Shown here one piece after another: positions 1-13,880 of a stretch of DNA of 64,000 nucleotides. A program made the position numbers and the translations under genes. A model generated the notes under the pieces. It was given only the letters and a program-made list of their open reading frames with translations. It had not been told where the DNA came from and made no database searches. Source of the DNA: Flaccisagitta enflata (taxonomy: Eukaryota); the NCBI GenBank assembly GCA_965153355.1, contig OZ231126.1:20336001-20400000 (forward strand). The letters are read 5' to 3'. How positions within the stretch are numbered: the stretch's first letter is position 1; each line of letters opens with the position of its first letter.

Positions 1-1629
<1,629 letters not shown>

Positions 1630-1915
1630 GTTAACACAAAATGCCGTTGCATCAAATGCGTTGCTATGGGCAGTGAAAAATGGAATAAATTTGTTAATGA
1701 GGAATTTTGCGCACTCTGTCATCCAACTTGCTAAAAGAAGCTAGAATACTTTCCCCTCCAAAGTTATAGACATGGGTGTACGGGGAGGGACGTCAGGGAC
1801 GTCGGCCAACGTCCCTGTTTGTCGGACTTAAACCCCTGTCCGACTTGAGCCCATGCAGAAAGAGATAGCAAAAATAGAAAAAAATAAAACAAACAGAAAA
1901 ACAAAAAAAGGATAA

Positions 1916-2719
1916 GGCAGTTTCCACAATAGACTAGACTGGCGGAAATCAGGCGACTGAATTCGTTAACATTGATAAAAATGTCATAATTTTATAATGG
2001 TTGCGCTTAATAGCTTAAAATTTAAGCTCTATGCTCAGAATTTGATACTCTTTTAGATCATATACAAAAAGATATTCTAATACTGAAAATGTGTTCAACT
2101 ATATTAAATTTTTTTGTAATCAGAGTAACATAAGAGTAATAGGGTGTTAACATTTTAGGTTACTCTCTTTAAAAATCGATATCTCTTGCTAGAATTGACA
2201 TTAAGGACTGAAATTTTGCATGTAACTTGGGTTATGTCTGTACTAAAGGGAGAAAAAAAGAAATTTTTTATAATACCTAAGATATTGCCATTTAAAGTTT
2301 AGTATACTACTATATGTCAAAATCAAATAAATCATCATTTTGGACAAATCAAATAAAAGTAAAATTTTTCCATAATAAATGACAACTAGTCACCATAAAA
2401 TCTTTAGTTCTTCTTTCGGGATTGCAATATAACAAAAATGACCCATAATTGGGTGTGCTTAATGATTTTTTAATGTCTTTTTTATTATAGTTTTGAGTGT
2501 GATATCAGTGTGACATAAAAAAGGGGGTGATTTTGGCCTATTTTTTGCTAGATAGCCTATCAAAAGTCTAAGGATGAAGGATAATAGCTAGGCACTGAAT
2601 CCCAAGTAATGTGTCACAACAGTTTCTGTCATCAAAAAAAAGAATCAGCATGATAAAAATAATATTTTTACCTGTTACATCATGAATTTCAGCTGGACCG
2701 GTTTATTGTGGAAATGACC
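1916..2719. mobile_element. Putative MITE with imperfect terminal inverted repeats
   Basis: Left end GGCAGTTTCCACAATAGAC is approximately the reverse complement of right end GTTTATTGTGGAAATGACC. The interior is AT-rich and non-coding. The flanks (TAA/ATA) are not an exact TSD. Confidence 0.5.
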
Positions 2720-2748
2720 ATAAATAAACTCGGTGTAAGAATGGGAAG

Positions 2749-3288
2749 AAATTTCGAAGACGATACTGATCTTTTGTTTTCGTGAGTTTTCCCGTTTGAG
2801 CGAAGCTTTAATTCGAGTAGATTTGGGTTGAAATGTATTCAACACAGCTCTCACCTAGCCCTAACGCTAGCCCTGACCCTAACCCTAACCCTAAAACCAC
2901 CCCCAACCCCAACCTTAACCCTAACCCTAACCCTAAATAGAAACTCCCTTAGACAGTCAGTAAAACAAAAGACATCACCGAATTCGAAAACAGTACCTAA
3001 GAATGAGAGAGAATGTTTTTCCGGAAAAAATTTCTAAGACGATACAGATCTTTTGTTTCTTTCGGGTTTCCCCGCTTGGGCGAAGCTTTAATTCAAGTAC
3101 ATTCGGGTTGAAATGTATAAGACCCAGCCCTCACCTAGCCCTAACGCTAGCACTAACCCTAAAACCACCCCCGACCCCAACCTTAACCCTAACCCTACCC
3201 CTAACCCTACCCCTAACCCTAAATAAGAAAAAAAAACGCTTAGAAAGTCAGTAAAACAAAAGACATCACCGAATTCGAAAACAGTACC
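2749..3288. repeat. Tandem duplication of an approximately 290-bp unit containing telomere-like (CCCTAA)n tracts
   Basis: Two near-identical units, both ending AGTCAGTAAAACAAAAGACATCACCGAATTCGAAAACAGTACC, with CCCTAA runs at about 2853-2937 and 3134-3222. Confidence 0.85.
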
Positions 3289-3784
3289 GTTTTTCCATCA
3301 GATTATGCTTTTATTTCTTGTATAAGAATATAATTAAGAATAATTAAGAATATAATTAAGAATATAATTAAGAATATAATTAATAATTAAAAAATAATTA
3401 AAAAATAATGTTCGGCTTGTAGCTCTGTCAAACTGAAAACTGGTTGCCGACGGCCCTTTGGGTTTCCGCGCCATACACTTATGGACCTAGAGATACCGTT
3501 ACCACGTGTAAATCAAATGACTTATTCTATCTTTCTTATCAACTTCGTGTCGAAAAAGCTGAGAGGCCAATTTTGTGCAAGATATTATTTCATCCACTAG
3601 CGTCAATAATCTTGTTCATATCACTTTGCGAAAGTCTTGGTTTTGGGTGCGCCAACGCACCTCTTTAACTGGTGTATCTGTCAGTTGGTCACGTAAATTT
3701 TCTACCCCGCATACCTATCGGCCTACTTGGCCCCATTTCATCGCGAGAATGATCACTAGTGAAGTATGATCTGACAGACACCAC

Positions 3785-4355
<571 letters not shown>

Positions 4356-4812
4356 CGCTTTCCCCTTATGTCAAGTCATCACTAAATCAATGTTTTTCCT
4401 AAACGTAACAGATCACGCTGTTTCCACTACTATTCCATGTCAATCCTGTCCCTTCTGTTTTTTTTCCCATTTCATATAGTCTGTTGATGACAGGGAAACC
4501 GTCCTTTTCATGGCGTAAGATGACGGAGAGGTCCGTTGTGTCCATCTTTCACAACACCCAAACTTTAAATCTACTTTTTTACTCGTTCGAAAAAAAAAAT
4601 TTAACCTTAATTTCAAAAAGAAATAAGTCCTTCAAAGTATATTTTTAACAACATTTATTTTCATAAAAAAAAAACTAATAATACCCAATAAATATTTCAA
4701 AATTACTGCCTCATACTCCCTTATAATGATAATTTGATCCAAAGACCTTTGGCATATTGACATGCCCGATCGTCTTACAAATTTCATTCGTTGCAAATTT
4801 CATCCTTTCCAG

Positions 4813-5192
4813 ATTTGACAAAAGGCAAAAGAAGTCCCCTTTTCTCGTCCAACCATCGTGACAAGCCGGTTGGCAAAATCGTCTCCCTGAGAGTCGCGGA
4901 CGGGAGGGTCTACATTTTGGACGAAGAATGGAATCTTTGGTCGCGGCCGTTGCATCTCGTCAAGACTTCCGCGACGTCAACGGCGGGCGAGGAGTTGGAA
5001 AGAGAACTCCAACATATCCTTAACCCGAAGAAGCAAGCGTGTGACACACTGCTCACTAATGTTGCGGGTTACACCGGTACTTCAGCACCGAAGCGTAAAA
5101 AGGCTGTAAGCATGGCATTTGTCAACACGGTCAGCAAGATGGACAATTGTAAAGTATGGAGAATGCCATTCGCCGTTCCAACTGCTTGCTAA
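4813..5192 (+). CDS. Possible terminal coding exon of an unidentified gene
   Basis: Polypyrimidine acceptor CATCCTTTCCAG precedes an open, GC-balanced frame (LTKGKRSPLF...VWRMPFAVPTAC*). A possible in-phase upstream mini-exon lies at 4480-4514 with a GTAAG donor. No recognisable family. Confidence 0.35.
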
Positions 5193-5875
5193 AACCGGTT
5201 TAGTTACGGCTGGAGGCGAGCTTTTCTTTCTGCCCCAAAAATGTTTGATGATAATAGATGTATTTGTTAATGTCTAATGGTAGCCATTTCTTTGATCGGA
5301 ACAATGAAGTCGACCCATGTTCGCTTCAGCAGGCTAACTAGATGCCTCAGGAGCCTAGCAATTTTAAAGAAAAAAAAATGTTAAAGCATTGGAAAATTTA
5401 TATAAAGGACTGTATTACGGAAAATTCTTGAAAACAGAATTTAAGACATATCTGGTATTAAATTTGCGAACAAACCATTATATGACCATCAATTAGCCAA
5501 AGCTAAATTTCAATAATTGCATTCTTAATTAGTACGTGTGACGTGATGATTATCATCTCTGAATTACGGAACATAAAAATTTTCTTCTCGAATCACAAAA
5601 CAGTATTGATAAAGCCGTCACTTCGTTGACACAATAACACATGAATACGATTGAGAAAATGAGATGTGAAACCTACTACTTTTAAGTAAAGGTTCTTTTC
5701 GCACGGTGATGAGTATCCAACAAAATCTGTATATCAACACGGAGGAGGGTTAGAGCTGGGAATGGCTTTTGGGAAAAGGGTGGAAATGGAAGTATATGCA
5801 GAGATGCATAGAAAATAAATGAGGAAGCTCCCAATAGGTAAATTGAACAGTCGGATGATGACTTTGAAAAAAAAG

Positions 5876-8800
5876 CTAATTAAACAGTTTCTCGGCTGAG
5901 GGTAAAGGAGCGAGACCGCCGGTGGTCACATCCGGCAGCAAATTCAAATCCGGCAGATTTTGAATGTGTGACTGCAATTCCTTACGCACTTTGATAACTT
6001 TCTCCATCTTCGCCTTAAAGTCCTTGTAAATGAAAAAAGAGAGAAAATCATCAAATCATCACTTTCGAGCTTTCCGTACTACAAGGTGAGCAATGGGTAA
6101 TCTGAGATGAGATTAAACCCCCGCGGTGCTTTGTGTTGCTTTCTTTCATCATAACATCAACGTTCAACAATAACAACTGCTACACTACAGAGTCTTTAGA
6201 AACATAGGAAACATGACCAACAATAACATCAACCTAAAACAACCCCAAGCAACCCCGGAGCTTTTATCTCACTGATTTACATATTTCCCAGTGGTTAGCC
6301 TGCAAGCGGCTGTGGTAAAATGATTAGACGCCACTTGATCGTCGTAAGTCGTTTGGCAGTGTGAGGAAACCGATTCTGTTATAACATTTAACTAACCTCA
6401 AGTCGTTTCTCGGCCTGCGCGACTTTATCCAACTGCTGCTTCATAAACGCGGCTAGCATCTGCGCTACTTCCTTTCTTTCCTCCAATTCCGCCATCAGTC
6501 GACCATTGTATTCCGCCAGCAGCAACGAAGCTTCGTCCACCTGCAAATGTAAAAGATAAAAACAAAGGTAGTATGATTGGGTGTTATATATGCTATGACA
6601 CCCAAATCCTTAGGGGCTCGGAGAAAAACCCCTTATCCATGCACGTGTGACCCTACTTTACGGTGCAGTACAGGCCAATATTGACCTTTTGTGCGCGCAA
6701 TAGAACCACCTTCAGCTTCATTGGCAATGATTGAAAGGCATATTGCCTCCATACCTGTTTTTTCAGCTTCTCTCCTTCAGATTTATTCTGCAAGTTTTTG
6801 AGGAGTGAGACATCAGCGATGCTTGGGGGGTAAGAAGCGATTTTGGCGCGAATGGCTTCATCGTTGGAGGCGGAGGCTTCCAGTTCAAGCAGAGCGTTTA
6901 CCAGATCAATGGGCTGTGAGGGTAGAGCGGAGTAAGGAGGATTAGATAGCGTGGCCATAACTCCTGAGCTGGTTTTATGGGTTACTCATTTACAAAATGG
7001 AACTGGAAATACTGTCTTTCTTCATGGTCATGGCATGGAATATTTGTTGCATCAACTTATGGCTGATCGTTATCAAGAAAATGAAAATCACTCTAACATT
7101 CACTTTAATTCAGTAGGAGTTGGTGGTGATCTACACGTACACTAAACAGTTTCATAGACCTGTCACTGCCTTGTCCTAACCCCAATCACTTTGTATCATC
7201 AGCACTGATAGTCATAATCTGAGAACGGCAAAATTACCAAATCAGAGTTAATCATAATCAATTTAGATTTAATTTCAATCCTTATCTCTCTCTTTTCGCG
7301 GTTCTATGAATACAATTTTGACGTGTCATTTAACTCATGCGTCTTGACAATTCACACGATAATTCGAAAAATGGCTAACAATGAGAGAAAAACTCACCTC
7401 GGGCGGTTTGACTTCTTCCTCTGGCTTCCCATCTTGTTCCAAATCCTTCCTCAGAATGTCGAGGGGAAATTCGGTAGCGCTCGTCGACGACTTGCTCTTA
7501 CGCTTTTTCTTTTCTTTCAACTCGTCGTCATCGGGCTCAGGACTTCTCCCTTTCGACTTTGGGGCTTTTGCTGAGGGCGGATTTAGGCACATAGGCATAG
7601 GATGAACTAGTGACTAGGGAAGGTGGGGACGCTCTAGGAAACTATGAACTAGTCAAACCATGCAAAATCATTCCATCAGCGCGGACACAAAAGCGATAGG
7701 CAACAATTGCTCGATAATACATATCAACTTTGTTACATCATCCCTTAGATAGACATCTTAACCGATAGTGATCTTAAGCCTTAAGTCGCGTGCGAGTGGG
7801 CAGAGCAACTAGCAGTAGAGTAAAGAGCGAGGGCAGGGCCGGGACAGTGATACAAACATCGCCCACAATGCCGGCGTAACAATTGGATTCACGCAAATAT
7901 TTTGGCTTAATTGGCAAGATTAGCTCCTCATTTTTCCTCAAAAATGGCTTTGCAAATGATGCTGATACAGAACAAGCGGATGTAAGGAAGCAAATTGAAC
8001 CTACAAATCTTTTCAGTCAATACATCGACGATCATCCAAATTTTTGGCCCCCTGTTCCATCATAAAAATGACACATTCCACTTAGTTGCGTCAATTGTGC
8101 AACGATATGGCCAAATTTGAACACTAATCTACAACGATGGCCGTGGCCAGTGCGGTATTAAGTCTAATGGGTGACGATAGCAAAAAGCGGGAAATTCTCT
8201 ACCTTTCCGAGGCTGCTTTTTATTTTGATTTTCATCGGAGGAATTATTATCGGCCGGCCGGGACTTTTTCAGGATGGGAACAATTTCGTTCCTACCTTTG
8301 GCACCCCCTGCGCCGGCCGCGGAGTCAGCGACGCCGCCTCTATCAACGCCGGCGCCCCCGGACGAGTCTTTGGTCTGTTTTATGGCCTGAATAAATCCGG
8401 CGCTGTAGACGCCGCGTTCCTCCCAAATGGTGAGCAGGCGGAGGCACGAGCCGCGAGTCTTCTCGTCGGCGTCCTTGAGAACGTTGTGAAACGCGTATGG
8501 AAGAACACCTGAGAAGTTTATGAATCAAATCTACATGTATGACAAATGGTGCTGAAAAGCTAGTAAATAAGAAATAGATATGGACCCATATGGGACATCG
8601 AAGAAGGGCATTGGAAGTGTGCTACAATTTGATTTTCTTGTCAACTGTGCAATAGAGATGACGAATTACAGCCTAAAACTGAGGATTAAAGTGTGGAGAT
8701 GGTCATTATGTTAACAAACTTACCCTCGAATTCCATTGAGAATTCTGGACCTTTTTTCTTTGAATTTTGAATGACGTCATTGGCCAAGTAGAGAAACGTC

Positions 8801-9405
8801 AACTTCTTCGGTTGCGGAACTTGGGATGGGATGAAAAGGAAATTAATTCGAATTTTGAGGGTTTTAAATAAGATCAGTGGCGGGTGTCATGTCGATCGCG
8901 GATTTGTCTGTTCTGTGTGAATTGGGTAATGAATTCGTTCATGAATTGTGTAGTTCGTTAATGAAATGTGGAATTTCGTTGATGCGAGTACGCTGAGCTT
9001 GCACATTTTTTTTATGAAAACGTCATTTTTTTCTGAAGCCTTCAAAAGAGATAAAGATAGCTACAAGTAAAAGACTACAATGTTCTTAATTTTTGAGTGA
9101 TTTCAAGGCTTGATGTTCTTATAAACTAGGTTCTCACAAAAAAATAAGTGTACAAAATCCCAAAGAATTTAAGAAACAATACCCATCGATTACCATGTCA
9201 ATTATCATGCTGGACGGAAATATCATTTCATGTAAATTCTTCAATTGCACTTACTTTGAACCAGTAGCTTTTTCCATGTTGCTACGATTTTTTTAGCATG
9301 TTTCCGATGATGAATCAACCACAACGAGAGAGTCTGAATACTTTGCTGCGATGGGTTCAGCTCGGTCAGTTTAGTTTCCAGGGCTGTTTCCGAAAAGGCC
9401 GACAT
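5876..9405 (-). CDS. RPRD1B: Regulation of nuclear pre-mRNA domain-containing protein 1 (RPRD1A/RPRD1B-CREPT family; RNA Pol II CTD-interacting domain plus coiled coil), about 391 aa
   Basis: Seven GT-AG exons in consistent phase: 9405-9255, 8819-8724, 8508-8203, 7570-7398, 6913-6755, 6540-6397, 6022-5876 (1176 nt). CID motifs MSAFSETALETKLTELNPSQQSIQTLSLWLIHHRKH and KLTFLYLANDVIQNSKKKGPEF; C-terminus ELQSHIQNLPDLNLLPDVTTGGLAPLPSA. The A versus B paralogue cannot be assigned. Confidence 0.95.
9002..9150. mobile_element. Short deleted copy of the MITE at 28565-28988, in RPRD1 intron 1
   Basis: Shares TTGATGTTCTTATAAACTAGGTTCT and terminal CAC(T)n...(A)nGTGTA with the 28565-28988 element. Confidence 0.6.
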
Positions 9406-10673
9406 TGTTTCTATATCTTATGCAGTTAATACCAGTGCCTACTTCGCGCAGAAGTCTTCGTCACTGGAGTATATGTTTGGCTGATCATTTACGATGAAAC
9501 TTCTAGGGATGAAAAGAGAAGCGATGATGAACGAACCTGAGGAGGCCGAACAAAGGTTGTTATGACTAACATGTATCGATGTATAGTGTATGCTGGATTC
9601 TTCATAAACACGGTTGTTCGACGGCGTCGCGTCATGGAATAATCATAGGAGACCCCCACAATTCTTTCGTTTCGACAGCCATTAAATTCGTAACAGCAAA
9701 AAGCTCTGGATAATTGAAATGTCACCAGCGAAAGAAACACTACCTCACTGGGAATTCCAGGAATTCTAGGGAATCCCCCGAAAAACGTTACAGCTGCTTT
9801 GTTTACGTTAAGACGCATACAGTTGCGCACCAGCAACAGCTCGAAGGTAAGAAATTACTCTATGACGTTGCACGCTTCTCAGATCTCAACCTCTGATTGG
9901 TCCTCTCTATTGATGCTGTGTGTCTGTTCTTTAATTCGATTGGTTATTTCCATTCAAAGCATCATATCTGTGACGTCACAAATCTAACATCGCTCGTCCT
10001 CTTGATCAGCAGTGTGCACTGCTCTCAAAAAGGACGTTAGGGTTGAAAAAAACTCAGTGAATGCACTGTTACTGTTAGGATTCCGCGTCGTGCCGATTCT
10101 CAGTTTATTTTTTGCGCAATTAGGCGATCTGAGAAATCTCTAGCACAAGGCAGGAACCACAGGAACATTCGCTTACACATACAGCCGCTGTCATCGGTCA
10201 ATCAAGATTTTTTTCCGCGAAAAAGAATCAAGATGCTACGTCATTTATAGCTCAAGGCGTGTTAATTGTGTTATTGTGTTAATTTGATTACTTCCCAGCT
10301 ATTGTTCTCTTAAATCGGAAGCTTCAAGTACACGGATGTTTGAGGGTCCAAACCTCCCTACTTCTGTGAACTTACGTTTTGGTGTATGAATTGAAGGTTT
10401 GTTATGGTGTATCATGTAATTTCATGTATGTTGACACGTCAGCGTTTTATTTAAATGGGAATAGACCTATGACTGATCTACAGTTGCCGTACTGTATCCA
10501 CGATGGCTACTGTCGCCGTGGCAAGGATTATTTTTGTTTCTCTCCTTTTCTCCTGTCTACCCATCTTCATATGTTATTTCGGCAAAAGTGAAGGAGACGG
10601 CCGCACTGATGTTAACGTATGTATTGGCATTTTTTCATGCGATGCCACTCTGACAATGAAATTTTAATGGCAT

Positions 10674-11253
10674 CCCTACCCCTAAACCCAACCCTACCCC
10701 TAAACCAAACCCTACCCCTAAACCAAACCCTACCCCAGAACCCAACCCTACCCCTGAACCCAAGCCTACCCTGAACCAAACCTACCCATGAACCCAACCC
10801 TCCCTAAGCCCAACCCTACCTAAGCAACCCTGTCCCTAAACCCAACCCTATCCCTTAACCCAGCCCTGCCCTCCCAATCCTACCCTTAAGCCCAATCCTA
10901 CCCTTAAACCAGCCTACCCTAAACACAGCCCTACCCTAAACACCCAACCCTAACACAATCCTATCGTTAAACCCAACCCTACCTAAATCTAATCCTACCC
11001 CTAAACCTAACCCTTACCCAATCCTACTCCTAAACTCAGCCCTACCCTAAACCAGTCACTAAACCCAACCTACCCTAATTCAGCATACACCACTAAACCC
11101 TACCCTAAATTCAACCCTACCCCTAAACTCAACCCTACCCCTAATCTCAACCCTACCCCTGATCTCAACCTTTCCCCTAATCTCAACCCTACCCTTAAAC
11201 CCAACCCTACCCCTAAACCCAACCCATCCCGTACCCCAAAACCCAACCTCACC
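10674..11253. repeat. Degenerate C-rich minisatellite, approximately 18-bp unit (CCCTACCCCTAAACCCAA), telomere-like
   Basis: Directly visible periodic repeat. The opposite strand is rich in G-tracts. Confidence 0.9.
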
Positions 11254-11254
11254 C

Positions 11255-11472
11255 AACAAGGCCGGATACACGGCTACCCCAGTCGCGTGCAGGTGGGCAG
11301 GGGCTATAATTGAGGTCACCAGATCATTTGGGCAAGAGCAGTAAGGCCAAAAACCGCAAAAAAGCAAAAAAAAAGTGAAGTGTGACGGACGGACTGACGG
11401 ACCGATGGACCGATGGACCGACGGACGGACCGACAAAGCGGGGTTTAGAGTCGCGTAGCACGCGACTAAAAA
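11255..11472 (-). mobile_element. Short Helentron-associated (HINE/DINE-like) interspersed element, AGTCGCGT-stem family
   Basis: T-run plus hairpin AGTCGCGT..ACGCGACT at one end, internal (GTCC/GTCG)n microsatellite, the stem motif repeated near the other end followed by GGCCTTGTT. Related copies at about 18082-18249, 28000-28237, 30438-30616, 47818-48207 and 57641-57832. Confidence 0.75.
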
Positions 11473-11996
11473 CCCAAATCTTCAACCCTCGCCCCGTTGA
11501 AATTGGTGATTAAACTTAGGTTGGAAAGGTATAAACTAAGTGCGGCCGCCTCCTTCACGTAGACCGTTATTTCCATTATGCATAATCTTCTCCGTTCTCT
11601 TTCTCGCTTTCTCTTTCTTTAACTGGGATGTATAAAGTTGAGTCCCCCGTTTCTCCCCCCTTATTTTCAAAGAATATGTACAAAATTTAAAAAAGAAACA
11701 ATTGAAAAAGATTTTATACTTTTGGTGGGACTAAAACAATACTTCAACAAAATTCAGCGCTACGCTTTTTCAAATTCTCTTCAAGCGCTCTTAATTTCTT
11801 CAACGTACAATCATATACATAAGTCAATATACATAAATTAGTAATTTTGCGTGAATATTAGGGAAATCTTGATCATTATTAGACATTATTACGAGTGATA
11901 CATACAACCATGAAGCCTAATTTCACAAGCAAACCCAAACATGAAGTTACTTTCTCAGAAAAAACTTCCCATTTCTCTGAAGATTTTGTAAAATCA

Positions 11997-12401
11997 AACA
12001 GCAGGCTGTAAACAACAACTGGTTGTAAAAATTACAGCCGGCTGTCATGCTACAAAGTTGGCAAAAATCCAACTTTCACTAGATAGAATGAGACCTGCAA
12101 ATTCGTAATCCTGGTGAAATTCTGACAAGTTTGTTATGTCACAAGTCACAACATATACTTTTATATGAAAAAAAAGATTTTTTTATCAATGTTCAATAAA
12201 GTTATAATATGATAATAAAAGATTATTTCTTATAAAAAGTATTAAGTGTGATATGTCAAACTTCTCAGAATTTCATCAGGATTATGAATATGCCAGTCAC
12301 GTTCTATTCTATTTAGGTTGCATTTTTGCCGACTTTGTATGATGACAGCCCGCTGTAATTTCAAATTTTTACAACCAGTTGTTGTTTACAGCCTTCTGTT
12401 T
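11997..12401. mobile_element. Fold-back (near-palindromic) MITE
   Basis: AAACAGCAGGCTGTAAACAACAACTGGTTGTAAAAATT at the left is mirrored by AATTTTTACAACCAGTTGTTGTTTACAGCCTTCTGTTT at the right. Inverted similarity continues inward for well over 100 bp. Confidence 0.8.
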
Positions 12402-13068
12402 AATAACAGTAAGTTGGATCCAAGCCAACAGATTAAGCTCTCTACCTATTTTTTTTTGTCCACTGACTGTAAATGCCAAATCAGAATCTTAGCCTGGGCA
12501 TTCTTATTTTGTTTTTGCATCTCTCGGGCCCATGTCTCTTTTATAAGAAAAGGAAATTAATCCCCGAATGTAGTTTTATGGGTTTATAGGGAGATTTTTT
12601 ATATCGTTGCAACGCGGACGAAGATCAATTGAAGGAAGTCCAATGTTCCATCACGGGGCAGGGGGAGGATTTTTCAAAGGGTTTGGAGATTGGGAAGGTA
12701 ATCAAAAGAAAATCGATCAAAAAGAAAAAAACAAATTTTAACTGATTTAACCTTTTACAGTATTAAAGCAACATATGGTGACTTGACAATATCAGACTGA
12801 ATCCAAATTGCGAGATTTTATGGGTCTGTAGCCATAGAGATGAAAATCATATTCTTTCATGCATCGCAATGCAACATGGGAATGAGTCACAGGGGGAAAA
12901 ATATCGAATGCGACTCAATTGTTGGACTCAATTGTATACACCCCGGCCTGCTATTCTTCCTAATTCAATATTGCACCTTACCGACGGTTATAATTACGAG
13001 TTACCACCAACCTAAACCAACATTGGGAAAAAGTCGAATTATGACGCTTGCTTTCGCATTTTACTATG

Positions 13069-13102
<34 letters not shown>

Positions 13103-13116
13103 AAACTCATTGAATA

Positions 13117-13434
13117 ACAACAAGGCCAAGTTATGGCCAATAAGTGCGCCTCGCTTGATTAAGAATTTGTGGATTAACGTTTTGAATGAATGAATGAATG
13201 AATGAATGAATGAATGAATGAATGAATGAATGAATGAATGAATGAATGAAAGAATGAAAATGAGCGTGGTGAGGCATACGAAGTGATAGTAATGAAGAAA
13301 GACGACAGAATTGGCCGTTTTGAGCGATTTAAACGTTTGCGTTACCAACCGACCGACCGACCGACCGACCAACCGACCGACCAACCAACCAACGGACATG
13401 ACCTCTTATAGAAGTGCGAGGACGCACTTAAAAA
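13117..13434 (-). mobile_element. HINE-like element, AAGTGCG-stem variant with internal (GAAT)n array
   Basis: AACAAGGCC...AAGTGCG at the left and TATAGAAGTGCGAGGACGCACTTAAAAA hairpin at the right, with (CCGA/CCAA)n and (GAAT)n inside. Confidence 0.65.
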
Positions 13435-13880
13435 CAGACAGGCAGTCAACCAGACAGCATGAGATGCACACACAGGAAAACATGCACTAAAAAAGAGACT
13501 CCCATTTACGACTTTTCTCCGGTCGGCGATAGTCGCCTTTACTGGTATTTAGCCATTTTTAGCATCACATTAAGCTAAAGCGATACTATTTATCAAGAAA
13601 TGTTCCTTTCCTTACCCGGTCTGTCGCAGATGGACGGCGAACGGCATCTTCACCTTCGTCCACCAGAACGGGGACCAATGATGATTTTCTGGTTTTGTCC
13701 CCGTTTATCGAGGATGACGAGACATTAAGTTATGTGATTCAGCGAAACCCAAGGAGCTTTCATTTCTCGAACTCAAATACTGACTGAAACTGTTAATCAT
13801 GCAAACTCTTTGCCGAAAGAAACAAAGTGGCGCGAGCCGAGTTTAGAAATTTGATAATCTGATAGTGAACGTCTCAGTGG

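Noticed and set aside
3410..3480. Possible tRNA or structured RNA
   Set aside because: No convincing cloverleaf, T-loop GTTCRA placement or acceptor stem could be built by eye. A tRNAscan-SE or Infernal run would settle it.
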